From assembly GCF_009914755.1 (NCBI RefSeq), contig NC_060926.1: a stretch of DNA of 64,000 bases; one strand, given 5' to 3'. Position 1 is the stretch's first letter. Each line of letters opens with the position of its first letter. Positions 40,650-54,070 of the stretch are shown piece after piece. The position numbers were made by a program, and so were the translations under genes. The DNA comes from the human T2T-CHM13v2.0 reference genome, Homo sapiens. Below the pieces are notes generated by a model. The model saw nothing but the letters and a program-made list of their open reading frames with translations. It was not told where the DNA came from and ran no database searches.

Positions 40650-43140
40650 TTTTATTTTTTTTAATATACTATTTTGTAGAGCTATTTTAGGTTCACAGCA
40701 AAATTGAGCAGAAGTTAGAGATTTTCCATATACCCCCTGCCCCATACATGCCTCCCCCATTGTCAACATTCCCTACCAGAGTGGCACATATGTTACAACT
40801 GATGAACTGACATTGACAAATCATTATCACACAAAGTCAATAATTCACCTTAAGACTCACTCCTGGTGTTGTACATTTTATGAGTTTGGACGAATTTATA
40901 ATGACAGGTATCCACCATTATGGAATCATACATAAAATTTTTCTGCCCTAAAAATACTCTGTGTTCTGCTTATTCATTCCTGCTTCTCCCTTTAATTCCT
41001 GACAACCACTGGTCTTTTTTACTGTCTCCATAGTTTTATCTTTTCCAGAACGTCATATAGTTGGAATGATTCAGTATGTAGCCTTTTAAGACTGGCTTCT
41101 TTCACTGAGTGTTAATATGCATAAAAGTTCCCTCTATTCTTTTCAAGGCTTGATAAACCATTTCATTTTAGTACCAAATAATATTTCATTGTCTAGATAT
41201 ACCACTGTGTATCCATTCCCCCATTGAAGGACATCTTGGTTGCTTCCAGGTTTTGGCAATTATGAATAAAACTGTTATACACATCTAGGTACAGGTTTTT
41301 GTATGAGCATAAGTTTCAACTCCTTTGGGTAAATACTAAGCACAACTGCAGAATTTTATGTTAAGGGTATATTTAGTTTTGTAAGAAACTGCTAAACTGT
41401 CTTCCAAAGTGACTACTATTTTGCATTCCCACCTAGTAATGAATGAGAGTTTCTGTTGCTTCATATCCTTGCCAGCATTTGGTGTTCTCAGTGTTTTGGA
41501 TTTAGGCCATTCTAATAGGTGTGTTGAGGTATTTTATTATTGTCTTAGTTTACATTTCCCTGATAACAAATGATGGGTACATCTTTTCGTATGCTTATCT
41601 GCAATCTGTATATCTTCTTTGGTGAGGTATCTGGTTAGGTCTTCGGGCCATTTAAAAAATTAGGTTGTTTTGTTTTCTTATTGTTGAGTTTTAAGAGTTC
41701 TTTGTATATTTTGGATATTAGTCCTTTAAGAGACACGTATTTGACAAATATTTTCTTGCAGTCTGTGGCTCTTCTTACTGTCTTGATGGTGACTTTCATA
41801 GAGCAGAAAATTTGAATTTTACTGAAATCCAGCTTATCAGCCCTTTCTTTCATGGATTGTTCCTTTGATGTTGTATCTAAAAAGTCTTTGCCAAACCCAG
41901 GTCATCTCGATTTTCATCTATGTCATCTTCTGAGAGTTTTACAGTTTTGCATTTTATATTAGGTCTTTGATCTATTCGAGTTAGTTTTTGTGAAGGTTGT
42001 AACGTCTGTGTCTAAATTCTTTTTTTTTTTTATGCGGGTGTCAGTTTTTCTATAACCATTTGTTGAAAATATTATCTTTTCTCCATGTGTTGCCTTTCAT
42101 TTTGCCATAAACCAGTGACTATATTTATGTAGGTCTATTTCTGAGCTCTCTATCCTGTTCCATTTATCTATTTGTATTTTTTTTTTTTTTAGGCCCATAC
42201 CACACTGTTTTGATTACTGTAGCTTTGGTCATCAAGTTGACTTGTTTTAGTTTACTTTTAGTACTGTAATTCTTGAAGCTGAGTAATGTCATTCCTCCAA
42301 CTTTGATCTTCTTCAGTATTATTTTGACTATTTTGGATCTTTTGTCTTTTTGTATAAACTTTAGAATTAGTACCAAATAATATTTCATTGTCTAGGTATA
42401 CCACTGTGTATCCATTCCCCCACTGAAGGACATCTTGGTTGCTTCCAGGTTTTGGCAATTATGAATAAAACTGTTATACACATCTATGTGCAGGTTTTTG
42501 TATGAGCATAAGTTTTAACTTGTTTGGGTAAATACCAAGCACAATTGTGGAATTGTGGAATTGTTAATATCTTCAAAATAGTCTGCTGAGATTTTGATTG
42601 AGATTGCCTTGAATCTATAGATCAGTTGAAAATAATTGATATTTTGACGATATTGAGGCTTTCTATCCATGAACATGGAATAACTCCATTTACTTAGTTC
42701 TTCTTTGATGTCTTCATCAGAGTTTTGTAGTTTTCCTCATATAGATCTTGTATATATTTTGCTAGATTTGTACCTAAGTATTTCATATTTTCGTGTGCTA
42801 ATATAAATGTATTGTTTTTAATTCCACTTGTTCATTGATGGGATATAGGAAAGTGATTAACCTTTGTATATTAACCTTGTATTGTGCAACCTTGCCATAA
42901 TTGCTTATTAATTTCAGGAGGTTTTTTGTCAATTCTTTCAGATTTTTGTACATAGAAAATTATGTCATCTGCATACAACAACATTTTATTTCTTCTTTCT
43001 TATTCTATATGCCTTTCATTTCCATTTATTGTCTTATTGCATCAGCTAGGACTTTCAGAATAATATTGAAAAGCAGTGGTGAGGGGGGACGTTTTTGCCT
43101 TGTTGCCAATCTTATTAGCAAAGCTTCAAGTTTCTCATTT
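40650..43140 (-). mobile_element. L1M (L1MC/MB-like), ~2.5 kb of 3' UTR plus decayed ORF2
   Basis: ttttaggttcacagcaaaattgagcag 3' end. ORF 41635-41853 (-) reads like ORF2p (KGLISKIYKELLKLNNKK). Confidence 0.9.
42367..42554 (+). repeat. Dispersed direct copy of 41168-41355 inserted in the same L1
   Basis: ttagtaccaaataatatttcattgtctag...gggtaaatac(t/c)aagcacaa present at both sites. Confidence 0.95.
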
Positions 43141-43164
43141 TGTCAACAGATATTTATTGAGTGT

Positions 43165-44110
43165 TGTGTCAGGGAGAGCCAGAGAGACAGAACCAATAGA
43201 ATTTATATGCCATATGGCATATATATATGAATTAGGGCTTACCCTAGTGACCATATATAATATATATATACGCCATATATAATATATATATACACCATAT
43301 ATAATATATATGTGCCATATATAATATATATGTGCCATATATATTATATATGTGCCATATATATTATATATGTGGCATATATAATATATATGCCATATGT
43401 AATATATATATGCCATATGTAATATATCATATGTAATATATGTATGCCATATGTAATATATATATACCATATGTAATATATATATGCTGTATATAATATA
43501 TATATATGCCATGTATATAATATATATGAGAAGGAATTTATTAGGGGAATTAGCTCATGTGATTATGGAGACTCAGAAGTTCCATGATAGGCTTTCTGCA
43601 AGCTGGAGACTTGAGGAAGCTGGTGACATGACTCAGTCCAAGTTCCAAAGCCTCAGAACCTGGGAAGCCAATAGTTTAACTCTCAGTATAAGGCCAAAGG
43701 TTTGTGAACCTGGAGTGGGGGTAGGGGGGTGGGAAAATTGCTGCCGTTGCAAGTCCTGGAGTCTAAAGGCTGGATGACCTAAAGTTCTGATGTCAAAGGA
43801 CAGGAGAAAGAAGGGTGTCCCAGCCCTGAGCAGGGGTGGGGGTGGGTGTGGGCAGGAGGGCAGGGAGAGAGAGAGAGAGAGCGAGCGAGAGCACAAATTC
43901 ACCTTTTCTCTGCCTTCTTCTTCTATCCAGGCCCCCAGCCAATTGGATGGTGCCCACCATGTTGAGGGTGGATCTTCTGTACTCAGTCTACCAACTTATA
44001 TGCAGTCTTCTCAGGAAACACCCTCATTGTCATGCCCAGAAATAATACTTTACCAGTTATCTAGATATATCTTAATCCAGTTGAGTTGACACCTAAAATT
44101 AACCATTACA
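43165..44110 (-). mobile_element. MLT2B-like ERVL solo LTR containing an expanded AT-rich repeat
   Basis: The minus strand starts TGTAATGGTTAATTTTAGGTGTCAAC. 5-bp TSD agtgt at 43160-43164 and 44111-44115. Confidence 0.88.
43251..43527. repeat. AT-rich minisatellite with a ~20-bp unit (gccatatataatatatatgt), about 14 copies
   Basis: Recurrent (g/a)ccatat(a/g)taatatat units. Confidence 0.9.
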
Positions 44111-44240
44111 AGTGTCAATTCTGTCCCAGGCATTATTTTACATGCTGGGAAGACCGCAGTAATCCAATCCTACAAAAATCCCTGTGCTCCTGGGCTTGTA
44201 TTCTATTGGAATTGCAAAGTTACTAATAGGAAATGTGGCA

Positions 44241-44624
44241 TGTATTAGGTTGCCATGGCTGAAATAACAAAGTACTACAGGCTGTAGCTTAAGCAACAGA
44301 CATGTATTGTATTACAGTCCTGGAGGGTTGAAGTCCAAGATCAAGGTGTCAGCAGGATTGGTATCTTCTGAGGCCTCTCTCCTTGGCTTGTAGAAGGCCA
44401 TCTTCTCCTTATGTCTTCACATGGTCTTCCCTTTGTTCATGTCTGTGCCCAAGTTTTCTCTTATAAGGACACCAGTCATATTGAATTAGGGCTCACCCTA
44501 GTGACCATTTTCACTTAATTACCTCTTTAAAGACCCTAGCTCTAAATACAGTCATATTCTGAGGTACTGGGGGGTTAGGACTTCAACATATGAATTTTGA
44601 GAGGGACACAACTCAGTCATGACA
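44241..44624 (-). mobile_element. MLT1B-like MaLR solo LTR
   Basis: TG...CA ends, 5-bp TSD tggca at 44236-44240 and 44625-44629, and ttataaggacaccagtcatatt...gacttcaacatatgaatttt. Confidence 0.9.
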
Positions 44625-44933
44625 TGGCATAAATTAAGAAGTGGTTTTGATGCATAACGATTAACCATATTTAAAGCATGAAAGTTTTTGTATTGATTTT
44701 CCAAGTCGGGAAAATTGTCCACTGACAATTGTGTATGGCCCATGTGGGCTTGGTAGGAAGACTGGCCTTGGCCAGCAGAATGGTACAGCGTTGTGTATGG
44801 AGTAGCTTTTTTCTCATGAAACTTCCCAGGCCATATAGTGATTGAAGCAATGGCCTGGACTTGATTAAAATGATAGTCTAAGCATCGTATTTTAGATGTT
44901 TAGATGGGCCTGTTTAGACTATATTAATTAAAT

Positions 44934-45165
44934 CATATATATATATACACACACACATATATATATATACACACACACATATATATATACACACACATAT
45001 ATATATACACACACATATATATATACACACATATATACACATATATATACACACATATATATACACATATATATACACACATATATATACACATATATAT
45101 ACACGTATATATGTATATATATATGTGTATATATATGTGTATATATATATACATATATATATATA
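44934..45165. repeat. Compound (TA)n/(CA)n microsatellite
   Basis: Alternating purine-pyrimidine tract of ~230 bp. Confidence 0.97.
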
Positions 45166-46114
45166 GCCTAGCTTGCCAGAAATCAGTAAATTTATTTTCA
45201 TAAACAACAGCTCAGGGAAGAACTGCAACCATTCCACAGGAGTGCATTAAAGCCATTTGTTTTTTTTCGCTTGTAATCACCTCCTATTTTCCTAATGGTA
45301 TTGGAGTGTGTGTGATTCCTGCTGTTTTATATACTTTCTTGCCATGTGGCTCATTGGTTTCTTTTTTTGTTTATGCTTTTGTGATTTTACTGAACAAATG
45401 ATTTTCTGTGACATAATGAGTTTCTGGGCCTTGACATGCTGAGCATAAATCCACCAAACCTGCAACTCCTTGCTGTGGAAGATTCAGCTTGGCTTCTGAA
45501 ATAAGACAAAGGTGCTGAAATAGTTGGTTAAGTACATAGGAGAAAGTCTCATGGTCCTCCGGAGGCTTTAACACAACAGATGCCTGGACTGACTTGTGGT
45601 GTGTGAACTTGGTCCGTCTGTCAAGTAGGAAAAACCATCCGTCTGCCAATCTAACAACAGGGGCTTCTTTCAGGGGCACTGGTAGACTAATTTGTTAGTG
45701 AAGGGCTTTTCAGGGCACTGAGTAATGAACAGGGGAGTATCAGTGAAGCACTACGTGGGGTTGCAAAGGCTGTGTCAGTTTTTTTGCCAGAGGAACTGGT
45801 TGAAAAATGAAGGATTTAGATAAATCAGGGGAAGTAGGTGGGTTGATTCTAGAAGCAAGATTAGGAAGAGAAGTTTTCTTTTGTGATTTCTGTGTTTTTT
45901 TTTTTATTGTCTTGAAAGTCTTTATTGGAACTTTATTCATTGGTTGATTCCCTCATTTCTGTATTTATTCATTTATTGAACATCTGTTGGATACCAGGAA
46001 TTGAGCTAATGTGTAGGCCCTTCTTCCAAAAAGCCTGTGTTAGTCCAGGACTTCTGGAAGCAGACACTAAGACAGGATTAAGTATGCAAAAATTTTATTA
46101 GTGGAACTGCTTCA

Positions 46115-47190
46115 CTCTCTCAGGCTCTCAGGCTAGACACCCTAAGCATTTTCTACTCATCTTTCTTTTTCACTCTAAAATCCCTCCTCTCCCCACAGTG
46201 AGCCACAAGCTCCTATCATTCTGTGTCTTCCCAATTTCGCCTTTCTCTTCTGTTGAACACTCCAAGTTTGTTTTCTTGTCTCTTGCCTGGATGATTACAA
46301 TGGCTTTATAACTGGTTTCTCTGCCTCTAATAGCTTGTCTGTTAGGTTCACCTTCCACAACTGGGGTTATCTTTCTCAACGACAGTTATAGTCATGCTTC
46401 TACCCTGTTGGAGTCTTATCAGTGGCTTCCTACTGGCTACAGTTTGGATTCCTTGGCTTGGAGGTTGCATCATTCCCCAGCTGGCCCCATCTCCATCTTC
46501 CACCACACCTCTTCACAAACTCTATGCTGTCGTCAGTTGGAGCATGCACAGCATTTTGCATCTTCGTGCCTTGGATCATGTGATTTCTTTAACCTGTCAA
46601 TCTCTTCCCTGCCTTCCTTGCCTCTCGAAATACTGTGTTACCCAACAGGCTTCAGTTCAAGGTCCACCATCGTTGTGAAATCTTGGTATCTAGTCAGTAT
46701 AAACTGTGCTTCCTTACTGTAAATTGTAGCTCTTCTTTACATACTGCTGTACAATTGGTGTTCACATTTTCTCTTTCTTTCTAGACTGCAAGCTGTTGAG
46801 TACATCAATTGTCATCTTTTATTTGTCTTTATGTGTAGCCTCATGATTAGCATAATTCTGCACATGTATTCGTTGCTCAGTGAGGGTTTACTGGGTGAAG
46901 GGACTATTGTCAGACAACTCCATTTCTCCCCTGGGAGGCCCCACCATCCACCTTAAGCACAGCATGTTCGAAACTGAGCTCCTGAGTTCTGCCCACCTCA
47001 GAACTGGCTCCCCTCCCCAGCTCCCTAGTTCTGTCAACTGCTGTTGAGTCACTGCAGCCCAAAGGCTCCGCCATCCTTAATTTGTCTCTCCTTTCTGCCA
47101 TAACACTTGTTAATTCCAAGGCCTTGCACCTTTCACCTAAGGTATGATAAATATGTGGCCCTTTATCTCTGATGAACCTTGCCCTTATCA
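46115..47190 (+). mobile_element. L2 fragments
   Basis: ctcttgcctggatgattacaatggc...; ctagactgcaagct...; cagcatgttcgaaactgagctcctga. Confidence 0.65.
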
Positions 47191-47202
47191 TTTCATCTCA
47201 GC

Positions 47203-47495
<293 letters not shown>

Positions 47496-47884
47496 TCATC
47501 TCAGCTTTTCTTAGTAACATTTTAAGTAGTCTCACCTGGTTCTATTTCATAGCCATGGTTTAGAGCAGGTGTATGCTGAACCAGTCTAGAGCAAAGAACA
47601 TAGAACAAAGCTCTCTGGGGACCAAGAACTATGTCTACATTTTAGTGAGCACAGGCAGGGCCTCACTGTCAAAAAATGGTTTTTATAACTTTATTTCTGT
47701 GAAAACAATACATGTTCACTTTAGATAATTTACAAAATACCAATAGGAAAAAAGAAGAATACAAAAATGACATATAATTTCAGCACTATACATTTTGGTA
47801 TATCCCCCCACACCCTTTCTTACACAGCATGTATGTGTGTGTCTGTGTGATGTATGTGTGAGTGTGTGCCTGCGAATGTGCATG

Positions 47885-48293
47885 TGCAACCATGGGTTGC
47901 ATTTGGCTTCAAGTGACAGAAAAACCAACTACAGTGTCTTAAGCAAATAGAAGTTAATTCTCATCTAACAAGAGATCTGAAGAGAGTGAGAGTTGGCAGG
48001 TTTAGTGGCTCATCACGTCAGTGCTGAATTCTCTGCAGTTCCCTTGCCATTTGCTCAAGAACTGAAGATGGGGGCTGCAGTTCTAGCCATTGTAGCTGCA
48101 TCAACTTCAAGAAGAAGGCAGAAAGACAGCATCTGCAGACTTGTCTGTCTTTCATTGGTCAGAACTCTGTCATAGGACCAGTCTTAGCTGCAAGTGAGGC
48201 TGTGAAATGAACATTTAGCTTTTATACCTTTACTGTACAGCAGACAAGAGGCCTGAAATTGGTGCTGGCTATATTGAACTATAATATCTGCCA
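47885..48293. mobile_element. Old MLT1 (MLT1J-like) LTR, source of the 49295 copy
   Basis: ggcttcaagtgacagaaaa...aagatgggggctgcagttctagccat...tcattggtcagaact...tagctgcaagtgaggctg. Confidence 0.65.
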
Positions 48294-48384
48294 CATGGAC
48301 AATGCTGCATTTAATACCCTTCTTGCTAAATATTTTTGTGTAGTCTGGATTGTAGAATTATCAGAGGATAAATTCTAGACATGA

Positions 48385-48686
<302 letters not shown>

Positions 48687-49347
48687 CTAGACATGAATTT
48701 GTGGGTCAAAAGATGTATGACATTTTAAAAAAGCTTTAAAGAATTACTTTTGAACTGTGTTGATAGCAATAGTGAATCATGGTTTTTATTGCATGTCAAA
48801 CAAACTTGACTTTGGGGATATAACCAAATATAACTTCATTGTTATTTCTCATTGCCTTTTTAAATTTCACCAGGTAGGCTGGGGTGGGGAGTAAATTTCT
48901 CTTGCCTATGATAAAAATTTGGGCAGGTCTGTGGCTTTTCTGCTCACTCTTAGGCAGCAAACCAATAGTTATACTAATTGCAAACACAGTTCAGAAAATA
49001 GAATCTCCAGACCTCAACAATAATCAAATCTCTGAATATAATTAGCATGAGATGTTGTGCCTCCTGTGGCTGGACCCCCACTGTGGCTGACCCTTTGTAA
49101 GAGCAGAGCCATGTCCTTCTTGCTTTGTCTGCTCTTCTCTCTGTACCGGATAACTGCTGTTCCCAGTCACTGGGGGAGGAAGATGGGGAGGGAGGAAGGG
49201 AAGGAGGGACAGCAAATCTCCTTGCTGAACTGCCATCTGTGTCGCACTCCCAGGCCTGGCAGATATTTTGAGCTGACTCTCACTCCCACGGATGTGAAGA
49301 TCGGGGGCTGCAGTTCTAGCCATTGTAGCTGCATCAACTTCGAGAAG

Positions 49348-49591
<244 letters not shown>

Positions 49592-50298
49592 GGAGTTTGC
49601 TGGAAATCCTTCTACCTGGGAAACCCACTGACACTACCTTGATACAGGCTGTGCAATTCCTTCCCGCCATGCTGCCCGCATCCCTGTTATCTGACATTCC
49701 TCCACACAGCATCTCACACTCTCCACATGCTCCTGGGCAGCCTTTGGGCAGGATTTAAAATGGCTCCAGGCTAGCTTTCCCTCAGGGTCTGCATCCTGTC
49801 CCAGTAAACCCTAGAGGTTCAGACCAAGCCCAGCTGTGTGCTCTTTCCAGCTGCCACATGCCAAATGCAGCGGCTGCCTGCTCAGTTTTCTGTCCAGAGC
49901 ACAGTGTTCCCTCACTACAGGGATGCTCTTCATGGTCTTTGAATGGATCAACAGAAGCACCTTCTCCAGAAAGCAAGTCCTGCTTCCTCTGCATGGAAGG
50001 GTTAGGGTGGGACTCCCAGCATCATGATAGTTCTCTTCAAAGCAATTGCTTCACACATTTCCCCTTCCTCCACTCTCAAAATTTTATATTTCCAAAGCAA
50101 ATAAAGGCCACTGAGTAAGGAGCTCAAGAGTTACAAAACTGGTTCTCAACCATTTCCTGAAAATTCTGTATTGGAAGCTGTTCCATACTCACTTTGCTAT
50201 CAGATATCTGTGATATTGGCATTTCGGTTGGAGCAAACAGAATTTCAGTGTAGCATCTTCTTCCAGAGGAATGCAAGGCGGTAGAGATGAAGAACCCC

Positions 50299-50963
50299 TG
50301 CTAAAGATGGAATGCTTGTGTCCCCCCAAACACATGTGTTGAAACCTAATCCTCAAGGGGAAGGTGTTAAGTGGCGAGGCTTTTGGGAGGTGTTTAGGTC
50401 ATAAGTGCAGAGCCCTCATGAATGAAATGACTGCTTTTATAAAAGAGACCCAAAAGTGTTCCCTTGTCCACCACATGGGGACACAACGAGAAGACAGTCA
50501 TCCAGAAACCAGGACATGGTCTTTCACCAGACACTGAATCTGTTGGTGCCTTGATCTTAGACTTCTCAGCCTCTAGAACAGTAAGAAATAAATGTTACTC
50601 AGAAGGCACCCATTCTTCTTTTTTTTTTTTTTTGAGACGGACTCTTGCTCTTTTGCCCAGACTGGAGTGCAGTGGCGCAATCTCGGGTCACTGCAAGCTC
50701 TGCCTCCTGGGTTCATGCCATTTTCCTGCCTCAGCCTCCTGAGTAGCTGGGAGTACAGGCACCCGCCACCATGCCTGGCTAATTTTTTATATTTTTAGCA
50801 GAGATGGGGTTTCACCATGCTAGCCAGGATGGTCTCGATCTCCTGAGCTTGTGAACCACTCGCCTTGGCCTCTCAAAGTGCTGGGATTACAGGCATGAGC
50901 CACCGTGCCTGGCACACCCATTCTTTTGGTATTCTATTATAGCAGCCTGAACGAAATAAGATA
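50299..50963 (+). mobile_element. MLT1A/MST-like MaLR LTR interrupted by an AluY
   Basis: tgtgtccccccaaa...gttgaaacctaatcc...gccttgatcttagacttctcagcctctagaac...tatagcagcctgaacg. Confidence 0.85.
50613..50913 (-). mobile_element. AluY-like
   Basis: gcaagctctgcctcctgggttcatgccatt and tagccaggatggtctcgatctcc. TSD cacccattctt. Confidence 0.93.
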
Positions 50964-50979
50964 CCCCCCCCCCCCCCCC
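50964..50979. repeat. Poly(C)16 tract
   Basis: Direct count. Confidence 0.95.
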
Positions 50980-53069
50980 AAGGCCTCTCTAAAGCTCAGA
51001 CCAAGAAGGTTCCCACTCTCCCTGGAATTGAAAAAATAAAAAGCCAGCAATTGTCCTGGTGGTAATAAGTATGTGTAATGATTTACGTAATCCAAATGGC
51101 CGTGAGAACTGAAAACCAGCTCATGCAAGAGGTTAGGCAAATCCTTGCTAAGGAGGATAGTGCTGCAAACTGTCGTTGTCTATTTAAACGTCACGGGAAG
51201 TGCCTTATGGAAGAGGCAACTGGAATTACTGTGTTCTTTCAGGGAATAGAGTGTGATGGCTTCTTATACTTATGGTTGTCCAAATGCAAATGCAGCAGCT
51301 GTCTGCATAGCCTCGTGTTGGAGGGTGTGCTGAAAGCCCAGGAGTGGATTTCTGCATCATAAAGGAAGGTGTGATTTGGCCAGAAGATTAGTGGCCCTGC
51401 CTTATGGCAGTTCAGCAGCTCCTGCAAAGTTTCTACTGTTCAGTTTGGGGAACTTCCTCCACCTTGGACAGAATGCTGCCTGCAGGACTCTGGCTGGCTT
51501 TCTGCCAGAAACCTGGAGCAAGGGGCTGCCTTTGGGGTAGAGGGCTGAAGTGGTCTCTCTGCATGTGAGCTCATATCCTGTTCATTCCCAGGAATCCTGA
51601 CATGTTCTTCCTCTATCCACACAGGCTAACCATTTTCCAAGTCTTCTGCTCAATTCCCCCTCCTCCATTAAGCCCTCCTTGATCACTGCCTGGAAGCCCT
51701 CTCACCTTGAGGTCGCACAGCAGCATTGTTATTTACTTCCTTTCATTGTTGCTGTGGACCTTGAGTAAGGGCATCTCTGCTGTTACCTTATGTGCCTTCT
51801 GGGAGGAGCTGAAGGTGCCCATGTGATAGGTAAGAGCCCTGGGGGGCTCTGATTAGAAATCAGTTGGAAGGTGGGACCCTCTGCTGTGGGATTCAGTTTG
51901 TTAGATATTTGAGCCCTACCCAGCTTGAAGTTTACAGATTCTTTTTTCTTTCTTTCTTTCTTTTTTTAACCTACAACAGGTGTTAACTGGGCATGAACTG
52001 TGTGCTGGGCTCAGGGATAGGCCCTGAGACACATTAGGAAGAGTGGTAGTACTTGTTCCTCCAAGAACCCAGTGTTGAGGGAATCTTGCCACATGTATGT
52101 GTAATGAAGTAGAGAATTTCATCCATTCCATTCTAGGGGGCACTTTCTGGCAAGATGAGAATTCAGAGGCTCACATTGAGCTGTCCTTCCCTAAGAGGTG
52201 AGGCCAGGAGGTTCTCTCATCAGAAGCAAGGGTGCTGGAGCAGAGAGGCTAGTGTGCATGGGAGTGAATAGTATAGCGGAGAGGGAGGACGAGAGAAGGA
52301 GAGATTTTTGGCAGGTGCTGTGGGTGGGAAGCTTTGAGGAGAGGAACAGATATCCAAAGAGGATTTTTATGAGGGTTTTCTGTGGCTCGTGTGGTATAAT
52401 CCCCAGTTCCCCCAGGCAGTGTCCTTTAAGGAAATTGTGGTAGATTTGGGGACTTGCAAGTACAGGCTGGGCTCAGAGAGCTCCACAGTGATGATGGGTG
52501 GTGAGATTGATCAGATGGCCCGGGCTGCTCACCTCTGTGCTGGTTTCTGTATTGCAGCCTGTATGTCCAGTATTACCCTTTGGTTAGAATGTGTTTCTAG
52601 CAAAATTTATGCATCCTAAATGATTTTATTTCACTATTTAATCTTTTTAATATGTTCCATTAGCTAATATTATTTACTTTTGCCTTTTTATCTGTAGTTT
52701 TTATTGTATTATTTATCTTTTATGATGTGATCTTAGTGTTTATTTTATCTTGGCTCTCTTACAGTTCTAACATTTTAAGTACACTGTTCAACTCATCAAA
52801 TTTATTTTCCAGCATTTTTTGATTTTATTGGTTTTCATTCCAGCATGTTTTAAGCTAATGTTTACTTATAGCTTTTTACTTTTTACTCCTTTGCAAAACT
52901 GTTTTTATCCTTTTAGCTTATTTCATCTTGTTACTGTCACAGAGAGCTGTGCTGATGTCTTGCCTCTTGGTCCTGCGTTTTTATTCTTCCACAGTCCCTG
53001 GCAAAGCAGGTGGCCCTAAATCTTTGCGGAGAGAGTGATTGAATGCACGATTCATTCATGTTGAGTCAG

Positions 53070-54070
53070 TCACTGAGTTCTGGCCGTTTCACCTTCTGAG
53101 CATTTTAGCTCCGTCCCTTCATCTGCTCTGCCACTGGGTTAGTATAGGCACCGCCATTCCTCACCTGCAGCCCTACTGAGGCCCCTTAATGGCTCCTGTC
53201 TTCTCTTTTCTTTCTCCCAATTTAGTCTCCATCCTGCAGCACAGTGATATTTTTTAAATGTGGAAAAAATACCCAAATACTCTCCCATTAGTTTTTGGCT
53301 GCTAAATTAGGATATTTAACATTGAAAAAAAAGTATGAATTTAATAGGACTTCTTCAGATCTTATTTTTTTAATAATTCATGTGATTAAAAATATATCTA
53401 CTATGAAAAGTTTAAACTTACACAAAAATAGAGTGAATAATATCATGAACCCTCACATACTCATCACTTGTCTTCATTATCAACAGTTCATCATTTAAAA
53501 AAAATCAGTCTCCCTTTTGGTTTTTATATTTTGCTTGAGTAACATGTTTTTATATTTTGCAATACCCAGACATCATGTCATTTCAGTGCCATCATTCTTA
53601 AACACAAAACTGAACTTGTCACTGGCCTGCCTAAAAGCTCTCAATGTCCCTCCAAAGCCACCAGATCAGGTATCAATACCATTGCCTGCACCTACCAACA
53701 CTGGCTTCACAGCAGCCTGGTCTACCTCTTCTTATCTCTCCCACACCCAGGCCACGGAACCCTTTGCTTCTCACGCTGCCATCCCTCTCTGTCTGCAGCC
53801 TTTGCACTTGTGGATATCTTTGCCTGCAGTGTTCTGTCTCTCCCATCCCTCCCCACCCCTGTGCACCTAGATCTGGGCATCGAGGCGCTGGGCTCTGGGG
53901 AGCCACCCTGACTCCCCTTCTCTGACTCCTCTCCCTCCTACTTAGTACCCCTATAACACCCTGGACTCTCCTGCCATAGAACTTACTATGCTTCTGCAAT
54001 TATTTGTTTACATATTTATTTCCCATCTAGGCTCTGAACTCCTTAAGGGCAGGATGTTCATTTCTCTCCA
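53070..54070. mobile_element. L2 fragments with a nested L1ME piece (~53360-53600)
   Basis: gcctttgcacttg...tgcctg; ctaggctctgaactccttaagggcagga. Confidence 0.55.

Noticed and set aside
43135-43512. Tyr/Ile-rich repetitive ORF
   Set aside because: Translation of the AT-rich minisatellite
43251-43527. Regularly spaced repeats as a CRISPR-like array
   Set aside because: No unique spacers, primate DNA and no cas genes. It is a minisatellite
44914-45237. YICV-repeat ORFs
   Set aside because: Translation of a dinucleotide microsatellite
52610-52930. Long T-rich low-complexity tract
   Set aside because: No periodicity or ORF. Probably decayed L1 or low-complexity DNA
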